Assembly: GCF_018977255.1 (NCBI RefSeq) | Contig: NW_024704742.1 | Location: 58,034,001 to 58,098,000 of the forward strand | From: Callorhinchus milii | Lineage: Eukaryota | Length of the DNA: 64,000 nucleotides | Direction of reading: 5' to 3' | Part shown: positions 1-14,100 of the stretch, in pieces | Layout of the letters: the number at the start of each line of letters is the position of its first letter | Numbering within the stretch: position 1 is the stretch's first letter | The notes under the pieces: generated by a model | What the model saw: the letters and a program-made list of their open reading frames with translations, nothing else | Databases searched by the model: none | Told to the model about the DNA's origin: nothing | Translations under genes and position numbers: made by a program

Positions 1-135
1 TCCACCATTCTATAAGATCATGGCTGATCTGTACTTCAACTCCAATTACCTGCCCTTGCCTCATATCCCTTGATACCCTTATCTGACTGAAATCTGTCGA
101 CCTCAGTCTTGAAAATTTGAATGGATGCAGCATTC
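1..135 (-). mobile_element. CR1 LINE 3'-end fragment
   Basis: Resembles the 3' ends of the CR1 copies at 57190-57960 and 62900-63545 (aagatcatggctgatc, atatccctt). Confidence 0.7.
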
Positions 136-549
136 ATTCAAATTAGGATACCTGAGACACCTTAGGACCACCAGAGAAACAGTGTTGACAAGTGTGACAA
201 GTGATAATGCCTGAAAGAAAAGACACAGTATTTTGCAGAGAACAAATTTTTAATGAATGTATTGGTGAGATTTATACAGTATTTATTTTAATATCACACC
301 ATTCTTGCTTGGGATTTCTGATATTATCATGCAAAATCTTGCAAGAGTAAAGATTTTATCATGATCAACCGAGTTGCCAGGGATGTAATCTTTCACTCAG
401 AGTGTTTGAATCCTATCTTCTCCTTGCAAAAATTCCAGCTTGTTGGCCTGGATCTCACCCCAATCCTCCTCCGCTGCTCCCCCCCCCAACCCATTAGTCC
501 AGCTAGGCGGGATTTAAGTGTACTTTCTGTACGCCACCACCCATGAAAA

Positions 550-890
550 TTTCACTGCATCTGCAGTGAAAGCACGCTCTCCCTGGAGGGTGCACCCTGC
601 CTACCTTATTCGGGAAACTCTAAAGGCACACTTTGAGGAGAGCTGGAGCTTGATGTATTGGAGTAAATTTGGAGAATAACTAAAACCACCTGTCATTGAG
701 AGCAAGCTTTCCGCTGCTTGTCCACTCTACCCATTAATGCTTGTCTTGCAGGGTTAACAGGCATTGAGTGGGAAGAATACATCTTCCCAGGGTTAACAGG
801 CATTGAGTGGGAAGAATACATCTTCCCAGTGACCGATCTGCTTTTCCAAATCCTGTCCCAGAGTGCTTGAGAGTGGCGGAGCACGACTAT
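550..890 (-). mobile_element. 3' UTR fragment of the unclassified poly(A) LINE family, with an internal 39-bp tandem duplication (749-826)
   Basis: Shares ctctccctggaggg, gctgcttgtcca and gcagggttaacagg blocks with 27610-27990, 42320-42810 and 58170-58802. Confidence 0.65.
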
Positions 891-1790
891 GAGCCGGTGA
901 GGGGGGGGGGAGCGGGGTGATCGTAGGCACAACAACTTGTACTTATATAGCAGCCTCCATGCAGGGTAGCAGCTCAGAGCACTTAACAATGATGAAGCTT
1001 GACTCCCCACCGAGTCACGGAAGGAAATGGAAGGTCTTCAGACGCAACTTAAAGATGGGGAAGGAAGGGACAAGGTGGAGAGATAGAGTGTTCAAGAACA
1101 TGAACGAGTATCATAATGTCCAGCTGTCCTTAAAATTAAAATTAACTGATTTGTTTTGACAAAACAGACACTTGCCCATGATTCACAATGGGATTGTAAT
1201 ATTTGCAATAATATTTGTCATTTGCCATTTGACCAGACTTGCTTAACTACTCACTAACCCAGCAACCAGTGCAATGCAGCACCCGGGCTGTCCCCACAGA
1301 GTCACATTGTAGTCAATCCAAGGATTTTTTGCAAAGAATATCTTCTGATCCCCTGGATTATGCCCAGAGGAGCGGAGTTCCTGAAAGTGCGTCGCCAACA
1401 GACCCATTGCAGCTCAAAGTTTCATGTTGGAGTGTTGCTGAAGAATATGCCTGGGTATTCGATCGCCTGGGGATATTATCCCAACACACTCACAACCTGG
1501 ACTCTAACAGAATCAATGGACTTGAGAGGGAGGGATTCACATGTGACTTTGGACTGGTTTAGGAGGGGAGGAGCTGTCCCTTGAAGTGCAACTGCTCATG
1601 ATTACTGAGAGCAGTGCTTGCCAGTCAAACCTGCACGGCTGTGTGAATGTTTCAGTTTATTTGAATTGTTGGAAGAGAATTTTGTTTGAAAGAACTTTAA
1701 ATATCATGTCCATGAGATCATAGAAAAAATTATTACTTGTCGACATTATCTGTGTCAACTGGAAGAACATTGTATTCAGAAAAGGAGACA

Positions 1791-2156
1791 ATGCAAGACT
1801 ATGATGAAGCCATCGCTTTCCTGGGAGATTGGGGAGCCTTCCAGAGAACTGTGTTCTTTTTGTTGAGTGTTTCAGTTATCCCTAATGGCTATGTGGGTCT
1901 GTCTATGGTGTTTCTGGCAGACACCCCTCAGCACCACTGCCGTCTGCCTGACTCTCTGAACGGAACCACTGGAGAAGCTAATCTGAGTTCACTGCTGCCT
2001 GTAGAGGAGGTGGATGGTGAGATGATCTACAGTCGATGTAGAAGATACAAAACTCCTGCAACAGATGCTTTAAATGCCACAACACGTGAGACTGAGCCCT
2101 GTGTGGATGGCTGGGAGTACAGCACTGACAGGTACATCTCTACTATTGTCACTCAG
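1791..2156 (+). CDS. SLC22A5: Paralog 1 coding exon 1 (366 nt)
   Basis: ATG at 1791; [12 protein letters not shown]...[19 protein letters not shown]; donor CAG|GTAAGA. Confidence 0.93.
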
Positions 2157-5100
2157 GTAAGAATAGCAGACCAACTATTGACATGCAAACATGCACCAAA
2201 AGAGATGAGTGTGTTTGGATGAGCGTGCATATACTTATGAGGAATTGATGATTTTGTTGTAGTTTGCAATGAAAAAAAACCTATCACTGTTTTTGTAAGA
2301 AAACATGTCAATCAAAAGCATCCCATAAACAGTTGGGAATGACCAACTAGAATGACCGATTAATATGAAAAATAGTTGGCCAAGATAACAGTTTTCAATA
2401 ATAAATCTTATATTTGATACAGTGGCTTAATATGTTGGTGAGATGTTTTAAAGTGTTTCACAAGATTTACAGTAAAGAGTAGTGACAGTGTATTACTGTG
2501 TGGGACGGTGATGGGCTATGTTGCTGTGTGGGACAGTGATGGGCTATGTTGCTGTGTGGGACAGTGATGAGCTGTGTTGCTGTGTGGGACAGTGATGGGC
2601 TGTGTTACTGTGTGGGACAGTGATGGGCTGTGTTACTGTGTGGGACAGTGATGGGCTGTGTTGCTGTGTGGGACAGTGATGGGCTGTGTTACTGTGTGGG
2701 ACAGTGATGGGCTGTGTTACTGTGTGGGACAGTGATGGGCTGTGTTACTGTTGTGGGACAGTGATGGGCTGTGTTACTGTGAAGTACAGCAATGTGTTCT
2801 GTTACTGTGCGGGATCATGATGTGCTGCGTTACTGTGTGGTGTGCGTTCCATGGGCTCTAATCTTATGCAGCAGTCTTTTATGTGGCACCTTGTCGAATG
2901 CCTTCCAGAAATCCAAATAAACCACATCTACTGGTTACTGTGTGGAAAAATTATTTGCTGTGTTACGGTGTGGTACTTAAATGTGCTGTATTAATGTGTG
3001 GGATAATGATATAGTGTTACAGTGTGGGATAAAGAAGAGCTGTGTTACTGTGTGGGACCATGATTTGCTGTGTTACTCTAAGAGACAGTGATGTGCCATG
3101 TTAATTTGTGCGACAGTGATGTGCTGTGTTACTGTGTGGGACAGTAATGTGCTGTGTTACTGTGTGAGACATTGATGTGCAGTGCTATTATGTGAGTTAG
3201 TGATATACTGTAATACTGTTTGGCATTTCTTTTTGGGACAGTGATGTGTTGTGTTACTTGTCCCAGAGAGGATAGACCTCAAGATTCTCACCCTTGTATT
3301 CAAATACCTCCACTCCTCTGCACCCCCCTACCTCTCTCCTCTCTCCTCACAACATTGCCCATTGCCTTTGTTCCACTGGGTCCGGCCTCCTCCTTGTTCC
3401 CAGAGTCCTGCGATCCACCCTCGGCAGCCGTGCTTTCAGCCACTGTGCCCGAAGCTCTAGAACTCCCTTCCTCTCTCCCTTCGCCTCTCCCCTCTCTTCC
3501 TATTTTCAGATCTCTACTGAAGACCTTTCTCTTCGACCACACCTTTGGTCACCTTCCTCCCCTCCCCCGGCTCGGCCCCGGGATCCGTTCCTGTGAAGCG
3601 CTCTGAGACGCTGTCCGGTGTGGAGGGCGCTATATAAATCCAAGTTATTGTTGTTGTTTGTAGTCGCTGTGTATTTTGTAGCCAATTGCAGCAGGCAATT
3701 TGCATACAGCAATGTTTCACAAACAGCCATTATGTGTTTTGTGGGCGAATGCAGCAGCCTATTTGGGCACAACATTGACCCACAAGGACACAAATTAAAT
3801 AACCGATTTTATTTGGTGGTTTGTTGGCCAGAACACGGAAGAAAATCACTTTCTTAGAATAGTACATGGATCTTTAATGTCCACCTCAAGAGACAGAAGC
3901 GACCTTGGTTTAGCATCTCAGCTGTAAGACAGAGCCTCTAACAGTTCAGCACTCTGCCATTACCTCCCTGGGATTCCAGCCTAGACTATAAGCTCAATGT
4001 CTTGATGTGAGACTTGAACCCACAACCTTCTGATCGAGAGGTGAGAGTGTTACCAACTGAGCAGGTTTTGTAACATCTTGTCGCATTAAAATGTCTCAAA
4101 AAGGATTTTTATATAATGAAAATAACTTTGTGTATAATAAGCACGTCAATCATATGGATCATCAAATTCCTACAAATAGTTTTAAAGTGAATGATTAATT
4201 AATCTTATATATTGTTGGATAGGAAACCTGATACCTTCGCAATAGTAAATTAAATGATTATTATTCAATTATAATTATTTACTTGTGCGCTTTGAAGTTT
4301 TAGTTGCTTTTTATTATAAACAAAATGGTAAATCTTCAAGAAGAATTTACCCTTCCTCAGTATCAGAAACTAAAAGGAAGCAAACAGCTGAACAAGTAGC
4401 AGGTTTTACCAAACGCCACTTATCCCCTTACTGGAAGGGATTATCCCATTCTTCTTATTTTTAGCAATTTCACCTTTCAGTCCAACAAGAAAATGCATAT
4501 GACATATTTGCAATTTAAATTGTATTGCACTCCTCTGTAATTAATATATTTCTGCCAGCACTAAAAAATGTGCCATCACCAAAAAACCTGGGAACAATTG
4601 TCAAAACCCTTTTTTAATTATTCATTGCATTAATTGTGTTTTCCTTATTGTATAAAGTTCATCACTGAGTACCAAAAAGTCCTTATTAAATTGGAATTCT
4701 TCCTGAGATGAGCATGTGCATTTTTGTGCATGAGCATTGCATTTCGCCCACAAAATAGACAGTCAATTCACTTTACAGTTTATTCTGTGAAGCGCTTTGC
4801 GACAACACCGCAAGATGATAGACGCAATATCAAATGCAAGTACTTTTATTATATTGCAAGCAATAGTTTTAAAAATATAGATTTCCACAACATTTTATTT
4901 TAACGATTTAATAGAAATGGCATCTATTAAAAGATAAAGAACATTTCTGTGTTATTCACACATTGTTTCTATTTCCTTGCAGTGGGATCTCGTCTGTGAG
5001 GATAGCTGGAAAGGACCATTCACTACATCAATGTTTTTCGTAGGCGTGTTTTCTGGTTCCTTTGCCTCTGGACATCTTTCTGACAGGTAAAGCTTACAAA

Positions 5101-8100
5101 TAACTGCAGTGAAGTGACTTCCAAGCTTGCTTTTCTCTTGACCATGGTTATCAGTATAGTGACTTTAGGAACTTGATTGCTTGATAATAATAATAACAAT
5201 AATAATAATAATCTTTGTATTTGGTGATGGTGGGCTGGTTATACACATGTTGGCATTGAGAAAGATTTTGTGGGAGGGGAGAGGCGAGAAGGTAATTTCT
5301 AAATTTAAATCCAATTTTAAACTACATTTACCGTCTTAGTGATATTAATTGCTATTTGCACGGAAAGTTGTCCATGCTGTGAGAAGAAGATTAACAGTGT
5401 CTAAGTGTGGCTACAGAAATGGTGAAAAAGGAGATTTTAAATTCTTGTCCCATTGGGACCAATTTTGGGAAGCAGAAGGTGTTTAGATATGACAGGGCTT
5501 CACCTAAACCAAACCAGTACCAATTTTATCCTGCCGGAGATTTGGATTCCAGAGCAAGTAAATTAAAACAAAGCCAAAAGTTGATGTGTATCAGACTGAT
5601 CCTGTCTACCTCTTCAGGTGTTTGATAAAGATTCCATGGCGACACAAAATACTATTCAAAAATAGAAAGGAATTTCTCCCAGTGTCCAGGCCAACAATCT
5701 CCCAAATAAAATTGGTTATTCATTTCAAGACTATCTGTGGAACATCTGTGCACACATAGGCTACCATATTCACCTACAAATGCAAGGTACGTTCTCCCAA
5801 TGTGAAAGGCGCTTTACAACTGTAATTGTTGTTGTTGAAGAGTGTTATACCAAATGCAAATTATTAATACTTATAAACTGGGAGCAGCAGGGTATGGGAC
5901 ATTCATAACTTTAATTTGTGTCCAAAGGGGAAGTGAAGGTTTAGCCATTCGAACAGCATTTTTCTAAGAGCGCTGTTAACCCAGAATAGAGTCTCAGAAT
6001 GCTGTATAATGGCAGGTTGGACGCCAAACAGGAGAAAAGGTGTGTGGGAGATCAAAGAGGCAGGTCTTCTGGTGAGATTTCAAGATTGATGAAGTGGAGG
6101 ACAAGCCAGAGGTATTCAGGCAGGATGATTCAGTGAATAATAATAATAATCCTTGCATTTGATATAGCGCCTTATCACATCTTTGAGATGTCACAAAGCA
6201 CTTCACGGAATATACTGTAAAGTGAATTGACTATATATTTTGTGTGCGAAATGCAGCAGCCAATTGCGCGCATCAGTGTCCCACAAACAGTCATGGATGA
6301 GTGACCTTATTTTTTTAAGGAATTATTACCCTCGGAAAGCGATCCACCAATCGATTGCTACTTACTGCTAGGTAAACAGAGTTGTGTGGAAACTTGTCCA
6401 ACATTTCTCCCTGCCGGGAATCGAACCTAGGTCTTTCATTTGCGAGGCGAGTGCTCTAACCACTGATCTACAGGATTCCATGAAGGAACATCACCAGGAA
6501 GGAAATGTGTGACATCTCTTACAAGGCTGTGGCTGACATGGGGTGAGGGGCTGAGGTTCAGTCAATCCCACTATGTCTCTCTTGTGTGGAAGGTATGATG
6601 AGTGAAAGCTTGAGGGGTTGTGGATACACAGCAGCTTGTGTTAGCTAAGTGAAGGTGGGGTGGGGTGTGGTGGGGTGGCAAAGCAGTGGTGTAAGAGCAG
6701 GTCAGAGAAGTAGATCATGAAGGAATTTGTATGTGGGGGTGAGGCTCTTGAAACCTGTTTGGGTACAGGAAGCATAGAAAGGATTGGCATGATGGTTAGG
6801 TGTAGTTTGGTGGTTTGATTACTGAAAGTGTTGTCAAAGAGGTGTGTTTTGAGCTGGACCTTAAATCGAGGGATGAAGAAAGATACAGGGTCTCAGGAAT
6901 GGAGTTCCAGCAAGCAAGGGTGAATGACTAAAATGATTGGCCTTCCTTGGAACTTTCTTAAAAAGAAGACTTGATTGTTGTATTCAAAATTATAAAATTA
7001 TTTATTTAGAAGATTTCAATGCAGATATATTTTCCTGTCATGTAGAGATATATTCTGTGAAGCACTTTGAGACATCTCAGTGACATGATAAGCCGCTATA
7101 TCAAATGCAAAGATTATTATTATTATTTTGAGAACAAAGGGTGGCATCATAACTTCAAAATAAAAGCAATAAGTATTACAAAATAGTGTAGGAGAATTTA
7201 TTTTAAAAAAATCTAGCAAACTTTCCAACACTTTTGTCATGACATGAAATTCCTGAAGAACTTCCCAAACATGTTCTACAGCTTCCTAAAACGTTAAAAA
7301 NTCTTCAAAGGAACCAGGTTGAGATAACAACAGCAACAATTTGCATTTATACAGTGTGTAATTGCATAAGAACTGTACAAAGTACATGCTAGAAGAACCT
7401 TCTTTTGTGAATTCAACACGTTGAACAGTTTTAAAAAGTATAAAAAGAACACCAATACATATCATTTCTATAAAACGTACTTTTATTTAATATTTGCTTA
7501 TTTTCCTTTTAAGGTATGGGAGAAAGTTTATTCTGTTTGCCACCATGGCTTTACAGACAGTCTTCAGCCTTGTTCAAGTGTTTTCTGTGAGCTGGGAGAT
7601 GTTCTGCACATTGTACTTTTTCGTTGGTCTTGGACAGATTTCAAATTATGTAGCTGCTTTTATTTTAGGTAAGTTTTGTTTAAAACATTACAAACAAAAT
7701 GATGTATTACGTTTGTGTTAAGTTCTTGTTTTCTACCTTATTTTCATCTGTTTCTCCTCTGATGTTGTCTTCCCTGATTACGTGTTTATCTGTGCGCTTG
7801 GGCTTACATGGACAGCCTCTTACTTCTGGTTCAGAAGGTGTGAGTGTGGCCTCATAGTTTTAACTTTGAAGCCCATTTTCAATAACAACAACAATAACAA
7901 ATTGCATTTATATAGTGCCTTCACATTAGGAGGACATTGAAGGATTTGTCCCTGAGCTGGGCTTTAATTTTGAATCTTTTTTTAAGTTAACTAATTTTGT
8001 TTAGTTAACTTAAATAGTGAATTTATGGTCTATAGAGGGGTAGATGAATAGAGAGATAATAATAATCCTTGCATTTGATATATCGGCTTATCACTTCTTC

Positions 8101-11100
8101 GAGACATCTCAAAGCGCTTCAAAAATATACTGTAAAGTGAATTGACTGTTTATTTTGTGGGCAGCCAATTGTGCACAGCAGTGTCCCACAAACAGTCATT
8201 GATTGAGTGACCAAATTAATATTATTATTTGTTATTTTGAAGGAATTATTACCCCAGGAAATGCGATCCGCCAATTGACTAACAACCCAGTTCCTACTTA
8301 CTACTAGGTAAACAGAGGCGCGTGGAGGAAACTTGCCCAACGCTTCACCCGGCCGGGAATCGAACCCAGGTCTATTGCTAGTGAGGCGATTGCTCTAACC
8401 ACTAAGCTAATGGATCAAATTTAGGCCGCTCTGTCTTCATCTAATGTACACACATAAATGTTAAGTTCAATAGATATTGGGCCACCAATGAAACTAGCCT
8501 GGTTGGTTTTGTTCTAAGTCGGAGGAGTCCTGTAGCGTAGTGGTTCGCATGCTCCATCGCAAGCCAGAGTATCCGGGTTCGATTCCTGGGAAGGGCGAAA
8601 CATTAGGCAAGTTTCCTTACTCCACACCCCTCTGTTTACCCAGCATTAAGTAGAAACTTGGTTCTTAATTGATTGGTGGATCTTATTTGGTTACACACTA
8701 TATAAATGCATAATAATTCTTCCCCCTGGTTTTCTTTGTAAAAATTTGCGACTGACTGTGGGAGACTGCTGTGCACAATTGTCTACTGTGGTTTGCCCAC
8801 AAAATACACAGTTTACATTATATTCTGTGAAGTGCTTCGAGACATCTCAATGAAGTGATGAGTTGCTATATCGAATACAAGGATTATTATTATTTCTAGC
8901 AAAGTAACAAACGAGGTCAATTATGCTTCCCTATGGTATCTCATGCAAATAAACAAAGACAAGATTGAGCCTGCGACCTCCTTGGTTTGCATGGCTCAGT
9001 TACATATTATAGTGCATTTATCAACTTATATTGAAAATCATACCAATTTTAGTCTTGATGTGAAGAAATATGTTTAATGTCACTAAGTGCAATTTTGCTG
9101 TTTAAGGTTTGCTTTGAGTAATATTTAGTGAGTGCCTTCCTTGAATTATTGAACCACCTGTGAAAGTTTTATTGTTTAATAAATTGTTTCTCTTCTGGCT
9201 AAAGTAAATTATATTAAGGGTAGATCACACTTTTAATACATAAGTGTCTTATTTCATTTTTTTTCCCCCAAAAGGAACTGAGCTCCTTAGCAAATCTGCA
9301 GGTGCTGTTCATGGAACACTTGGCAACTGCCTGTTTTATGCTCTGGGTTACGCAATTATGCCTTTTTTAGCATATTTTATTCGAGATTGGCGGATGTTAC
9401 TGCTAGCTATGACTCTTCCTGGATTTCTGTATGTGCCTTTATGGTGGTGAGTTTTCTTCAAACAATTCAATCAGCCTTACACTGAATGTTTGAATTCTGA
9501 AATTAACTTTTCTCATTTGTTTACCCATGTCCCTGCAGTCCTGCTCACACGGGTGGTCTCTCTTACTTGACATTTGATGCAGTTAGAGTGCCCATTTTCT
9601 TTTACAACAACAAATATACTGTTACTAGCTAATGCAATTGCACAGTTTTAAATTTGAATCAAGTTTCATAGATCATCTTAGTGGCAAACTTGCAGAAGAG
9701 TCTGCTTAGCAGAGGGAGCGGACGGGTTGATAGGGTTAACAGGTCAGCGAAGTAGGAAGGAGCAAGGCCATTGAGGGCTTTGAAGGCGAGGACACGGATT
9801 TTGAACTCTCTGAAGGATAGGGAGCCAGTGGAGCTGGGCAAGGGTGGGGGTGAGAGGATCACAGAGCCTATTAATGCCCATAACTCTCCGACTTCTCTAA
9901 TTCATAAGGATGTGATGTAACCAAATCATTCAACAGCAACAAATTCCAATTATGTAGTGTCTTTCATGTAGGAAGGATCAATGAAAGACCATTTTTCTTT
10001 ATTGACAAAGTTTTTCATGATGACCAGACCAACACCAAAAGTAGCAATGAAATAACAACAACAACAAATTACACTTGTGTAGCCCCCTACACATTGGAAA
10101 GACATCCCAGGACACTGGACAATCAGGGGTTTTGGACCTGAGGTGGCAGTTGGGGTCAGAAGGGGAGGAGGGCAGGGGTTAGGGTTGGGGATGGAAGGGT
10201 GGCCGAAGGCATGGTTGAAAAGGAAGTTCTGCAGACAGGACTTGAAGGAGGCAAGAGAGTGGGTGAGGTGGAGGGATTGCGGGATAGAGTTCCAGAATGT
10301 GGGGGCAGAGATGCTGAATACCCGGCCGCCAATGGTGGGCTGAGAAGTATGGGGGACCTGAAGCAGGCCGGTGTCCACCAAGTGGAGGGAGCGGACAGGC
10401 TGATATGGGGTTATGAGGTCAGAGAGGTAGGGGGGAGCAAGATCGTGGAGGCCTTGACAGTAAGAATGAAGGTTTTGTACTAGATTCTCTGAGGAAAGGG
10501 GAGCCAGTGAAGCCGAGCAAGAATGGAATGATAGGTTCCCGGAGGCTGGTGCAGGAAAGGACATGAGCTGCAGAATTCTGAATAATATGTAGCTTATGGA
10601 GGGAAGAGTTGGGAAGTCCAGTGAGCAGATAGGTGACGTAGTCAAGCCAACTGTGAGTCAATGAGGCAAACAAAGTGTCCAGGTGATGCCAGGTAAGAAT
10701 TTCAAAAACTTGAATTTATAAAGCACTTTACTCATTGAAACTTCTTAAAGCACTAGACGAGTGACTTATTGTAGGTAGGTTGCACAATGCAATACAAAAT
10801 TACAATCCAAAATTACATTTGTATACCACTATTCATGTTGGGAAGACCTTCAAAGGTGCCGGACAGTCAAGGATTTGGACCCGAGCTGGTAGATTGGTAT
10901 CAGGAAGGGTGGGGGGGGCAGGGAGGGTAAGAGGGTCAAAGGCACAATTGAAGAGGAGGACCTTGAGATGTGTCTTGAAGGAGGCAAGGGAGTGAGTGAG
11001 GTGAAGGGACTGTGTGATGGAGCTCCAAAGATTGGTGCAGAAAGGCTAAAATACCTGGCCGCCGACGGTGGGGCGGGCCGGGTGGGGGAACAAGGAGCAG

Positions 11101-14100
11101 GCCGGAGCCTGCTGAGTGGAGGAAGTGGTCAAGTTGATAAGGGGTTAGCATGTCACAGAGGTAGGAGAGGGCAAGACCGTGGAGGTCCTTGAAGATGAGG
11201 ACGAAGATTTCGAACTCTATCTTTGGAGGGATACGGAATCCGGGGATCCCGGTGAGGGTGCGGTTTGATAGTGTCACGGAGCCTGGTGTAGGAAAGGACA
11301 TGAGCTGCAGAGTTCTGAATAATCTGCAGCTTGTGGGGGGAAGAGTTGGGAAGGCCAACAAGCAGGGAGTTGACGTAGTCGAGCCTAAATGTGATGAATG
11401 CGTGAATGAGGCTTTCTTCATCCACGCCTGAGGGGTGAGGCAATGGTGGAGCCGGGCAATGTTACAGAGATGGGGAATGCAGAACAGGTAATTGCACGGA
11501 TGTGAGGTAGAAAGGACAGTTGAGGGACAAACAAGACAGAACGGTTCAGGACTGGCTCAGTAAGGTGGTGTGTACATCCTTGAATGATGATGCTGTCAGT
11601 GTCTGTGGTGTGGAGGTGTTGACGGGAGCCAATCTGGAGGGCTTCGGGCTTGTTGACGTTCAACTGTGGAAAGTTAGCTCTCATCCAGGATTTGATATCT
11701 GACAGACATTTTATCAGGACAGCAGTGGTCGTGGAGTCGAGGTTGGAAGCAGCGAGATAGGGTTATAATAATAATATTAATAATCCTTGCATTTGATGTA
11801 GGCTTTTCGTGTCTTCTCGACATCTCAAAGTGCTTCACACAATATAATGTAAAGTGAATTGACTGTATATTTTGGGGCAAAACGTGGCAGACAGTTGTCA
11901 CAGCAGTGTCCCACAAACAGTCGTGGATTGAAGGAACAACTTATTATTGTTTTTTTTCTTGAGTGATTATTATCAGGCATGTGGAGTAAGGAAACTTGCC
12001 CAAGGTTGCACCCTGCCAGGAATCGAACCCAGGTCTCTCACTTGTGAGGCAAGTGCTCTAACCACTGAGCTACAGAACTCCACCGGCTGCGCATCAACTG
12101 CATACATATGAAAGTTGACACCATGTCTGGGGATGATGTAACCAAGAGGGAGCATATACATGTTGAAGAGGAGGGGACCAAGAACAAAGCTGAAGAATGC
12201 CACACGAGCTGATGTGGGGCTCCAGGAGAAGCCATTTGTGGAGACAAAGTGGAGACAGTGTGAAAAATAGGATCTGAATTACTCAAGGACAGAATCATGA
12301 AGGAGAAATATTTGGACACATCGTATATGTAACCTTGCTATCGCTGAAGAGAGATGAGAAATCCTTCACCTCTTCTCAGTGTGGTCCTGCAGGAAAGTGA
12401 CCAAGCAAATGTTGGTGCCCACAACAAGCCTCCAGATACCTACAGGAATCAACAATTGGAAATAATGCCCCATGTATTTTCTGTTCAAATATTCTGTGTG
12501 CAAAGCTATATTTTCATAAGCATTCGTAGCAACAGCAACCCCTCTACCATTGTGGACTGCTAAACCCCACACAGCCTATCGCCCATTGATTGAGTGCCTA
12601 TCCTCTCAGAAGTGACTTAGTGAAACCCAGAAGCACAGAGTCAACTCATCAGTGTAATGGGAGAATGTTTGAAAAGAACATTGCCGTAGTTTTGTTCCAG
12701 GGAGTGTAATCTGACATACTTTTTGATCTAACCTATTGTGTAACAGGATGCTATCCATATCTTCCCAAACCGGTTCCCCTAATTAACTATCTGCTAAGTG
12801 GCACTTATGATTTTAAGAGCTACACCGCCCTAAAGGCAGACATATGCCAGATAGCTGCTGAGGAACCTCTGAGTCTTCGAGTGACAGCTGCTGAAAAGTG
12901 TTGCTTGGAATCAGAGATTTTGAACACACGTCTGTCCAACCAGCATCTGGAATCCACCTAGATTGGCCTGCAGAGAGGCAAGCAGTTGCTGCTTAACATC
13001 CGCACCTCCAATTGGTGGAACCATTGCTCAATGGGAAGGGTTTTGTTCCCAAACTGCGGATAGAAAAATTTGGTGGCACATGTCATGTTGAGCTGTGTTG
13101 CCCACCGGGAAGCTTGCAAGAAGTTCCTGCTACCTACCATCCATCTAGTCAGAGCTCAGACTCACACTTGTGGGATGTCAAATGATCAACGAGTGACTAT
13201 CCTTTTGGGGGGTCTCCTTGGGGAGGGGGGAGGTAAGCGGTTTCTCCTTGGGGAGGGGGAGGTAAACAGGGAGGTAAACACCTAGGAGCAGATCCAGGTC
13301 CAAGGTGAGATATCTGGCAACAGAAGGTCAGAATAGAGCCACTTATGTTGCGCCCTCCACACAGGGTAGCATCCCAGAGCGCTTAATAGTGGCGAAGGCT
13401 GACTCCGAGCTGGTGGGGAGTGGGGAGGTGGCCAAAGGCACGGTCGAAGAGGAAAGTTTTCAGGCGGGACTTGAAAGAGGGGAGAGAGGGGGCAAGACAG
13501 AGGGATTGAGAGAGACTGTTCCAGAGTTTTGGGGTGTAGTGGCTTAAAGCATGACCTCCGATGGTGGGGCAGAGTTTCTGCGGGACGAGAAGCAGACCGG
13601 TGCCAGTCGAGCGGAGGGCTGGGTGGTGGATTGGGGAGTGAGAAAGTCAGAGAGGTAGGGAGGTGCCAGGGAGTGAATGGATTTGAACACGAGTGTGAAG
13701 ATCTTGAAGTCGATCCGTTCAGTGATGGGACGCCAGTGGAGCCTGGCCAGAACTGGTGAGATGTGGGTACGGAGTTTGGTCCAGATCAGTATGCGGGCGA
13801 GAGTTTTGAATGAGCTGGATCTTGTGAATGGTGGAGCTGTGGAGACCAGCGTGGAGTGCGTTGAGTAATACAAGTAGGAGGTGACAAACGCCTGCACGAG
13901 GGTTTTGGCACTGCAGTGTCTCACAAACAGTCGTGGATTGAATGACCAAATTATTATTTATTTATTTTTTCTTGGGGGATTATTATCAGGCATGTGGAGT
14001 AAGGAAACTTGCCCAAGGTTTCACCATCCCAAGAATCAAACCCAGACCTCTTGCTTGCGAGGCGAGTGCTCTAACCACTGAGCTACAGGACTCCACAAAC

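Noticed and set aside
1737..1790. N-terminal extension suggested by the ORF track
   Set aside because: The ORF track starts at TTG; homology to OCTN proteins begins at ATG 1791
2488..3258. Regular ~28-nt repeats as a CRISPR array
   Set aside because: Units are contiguous with no unique spacers, there are no cas genes, and the context is a vertebrate intron
7301..7301. Single ambiguous base N
   Set aside because: Assembly ambiguity in intron 2 with no effect on gene calls, though it may mark a contig join
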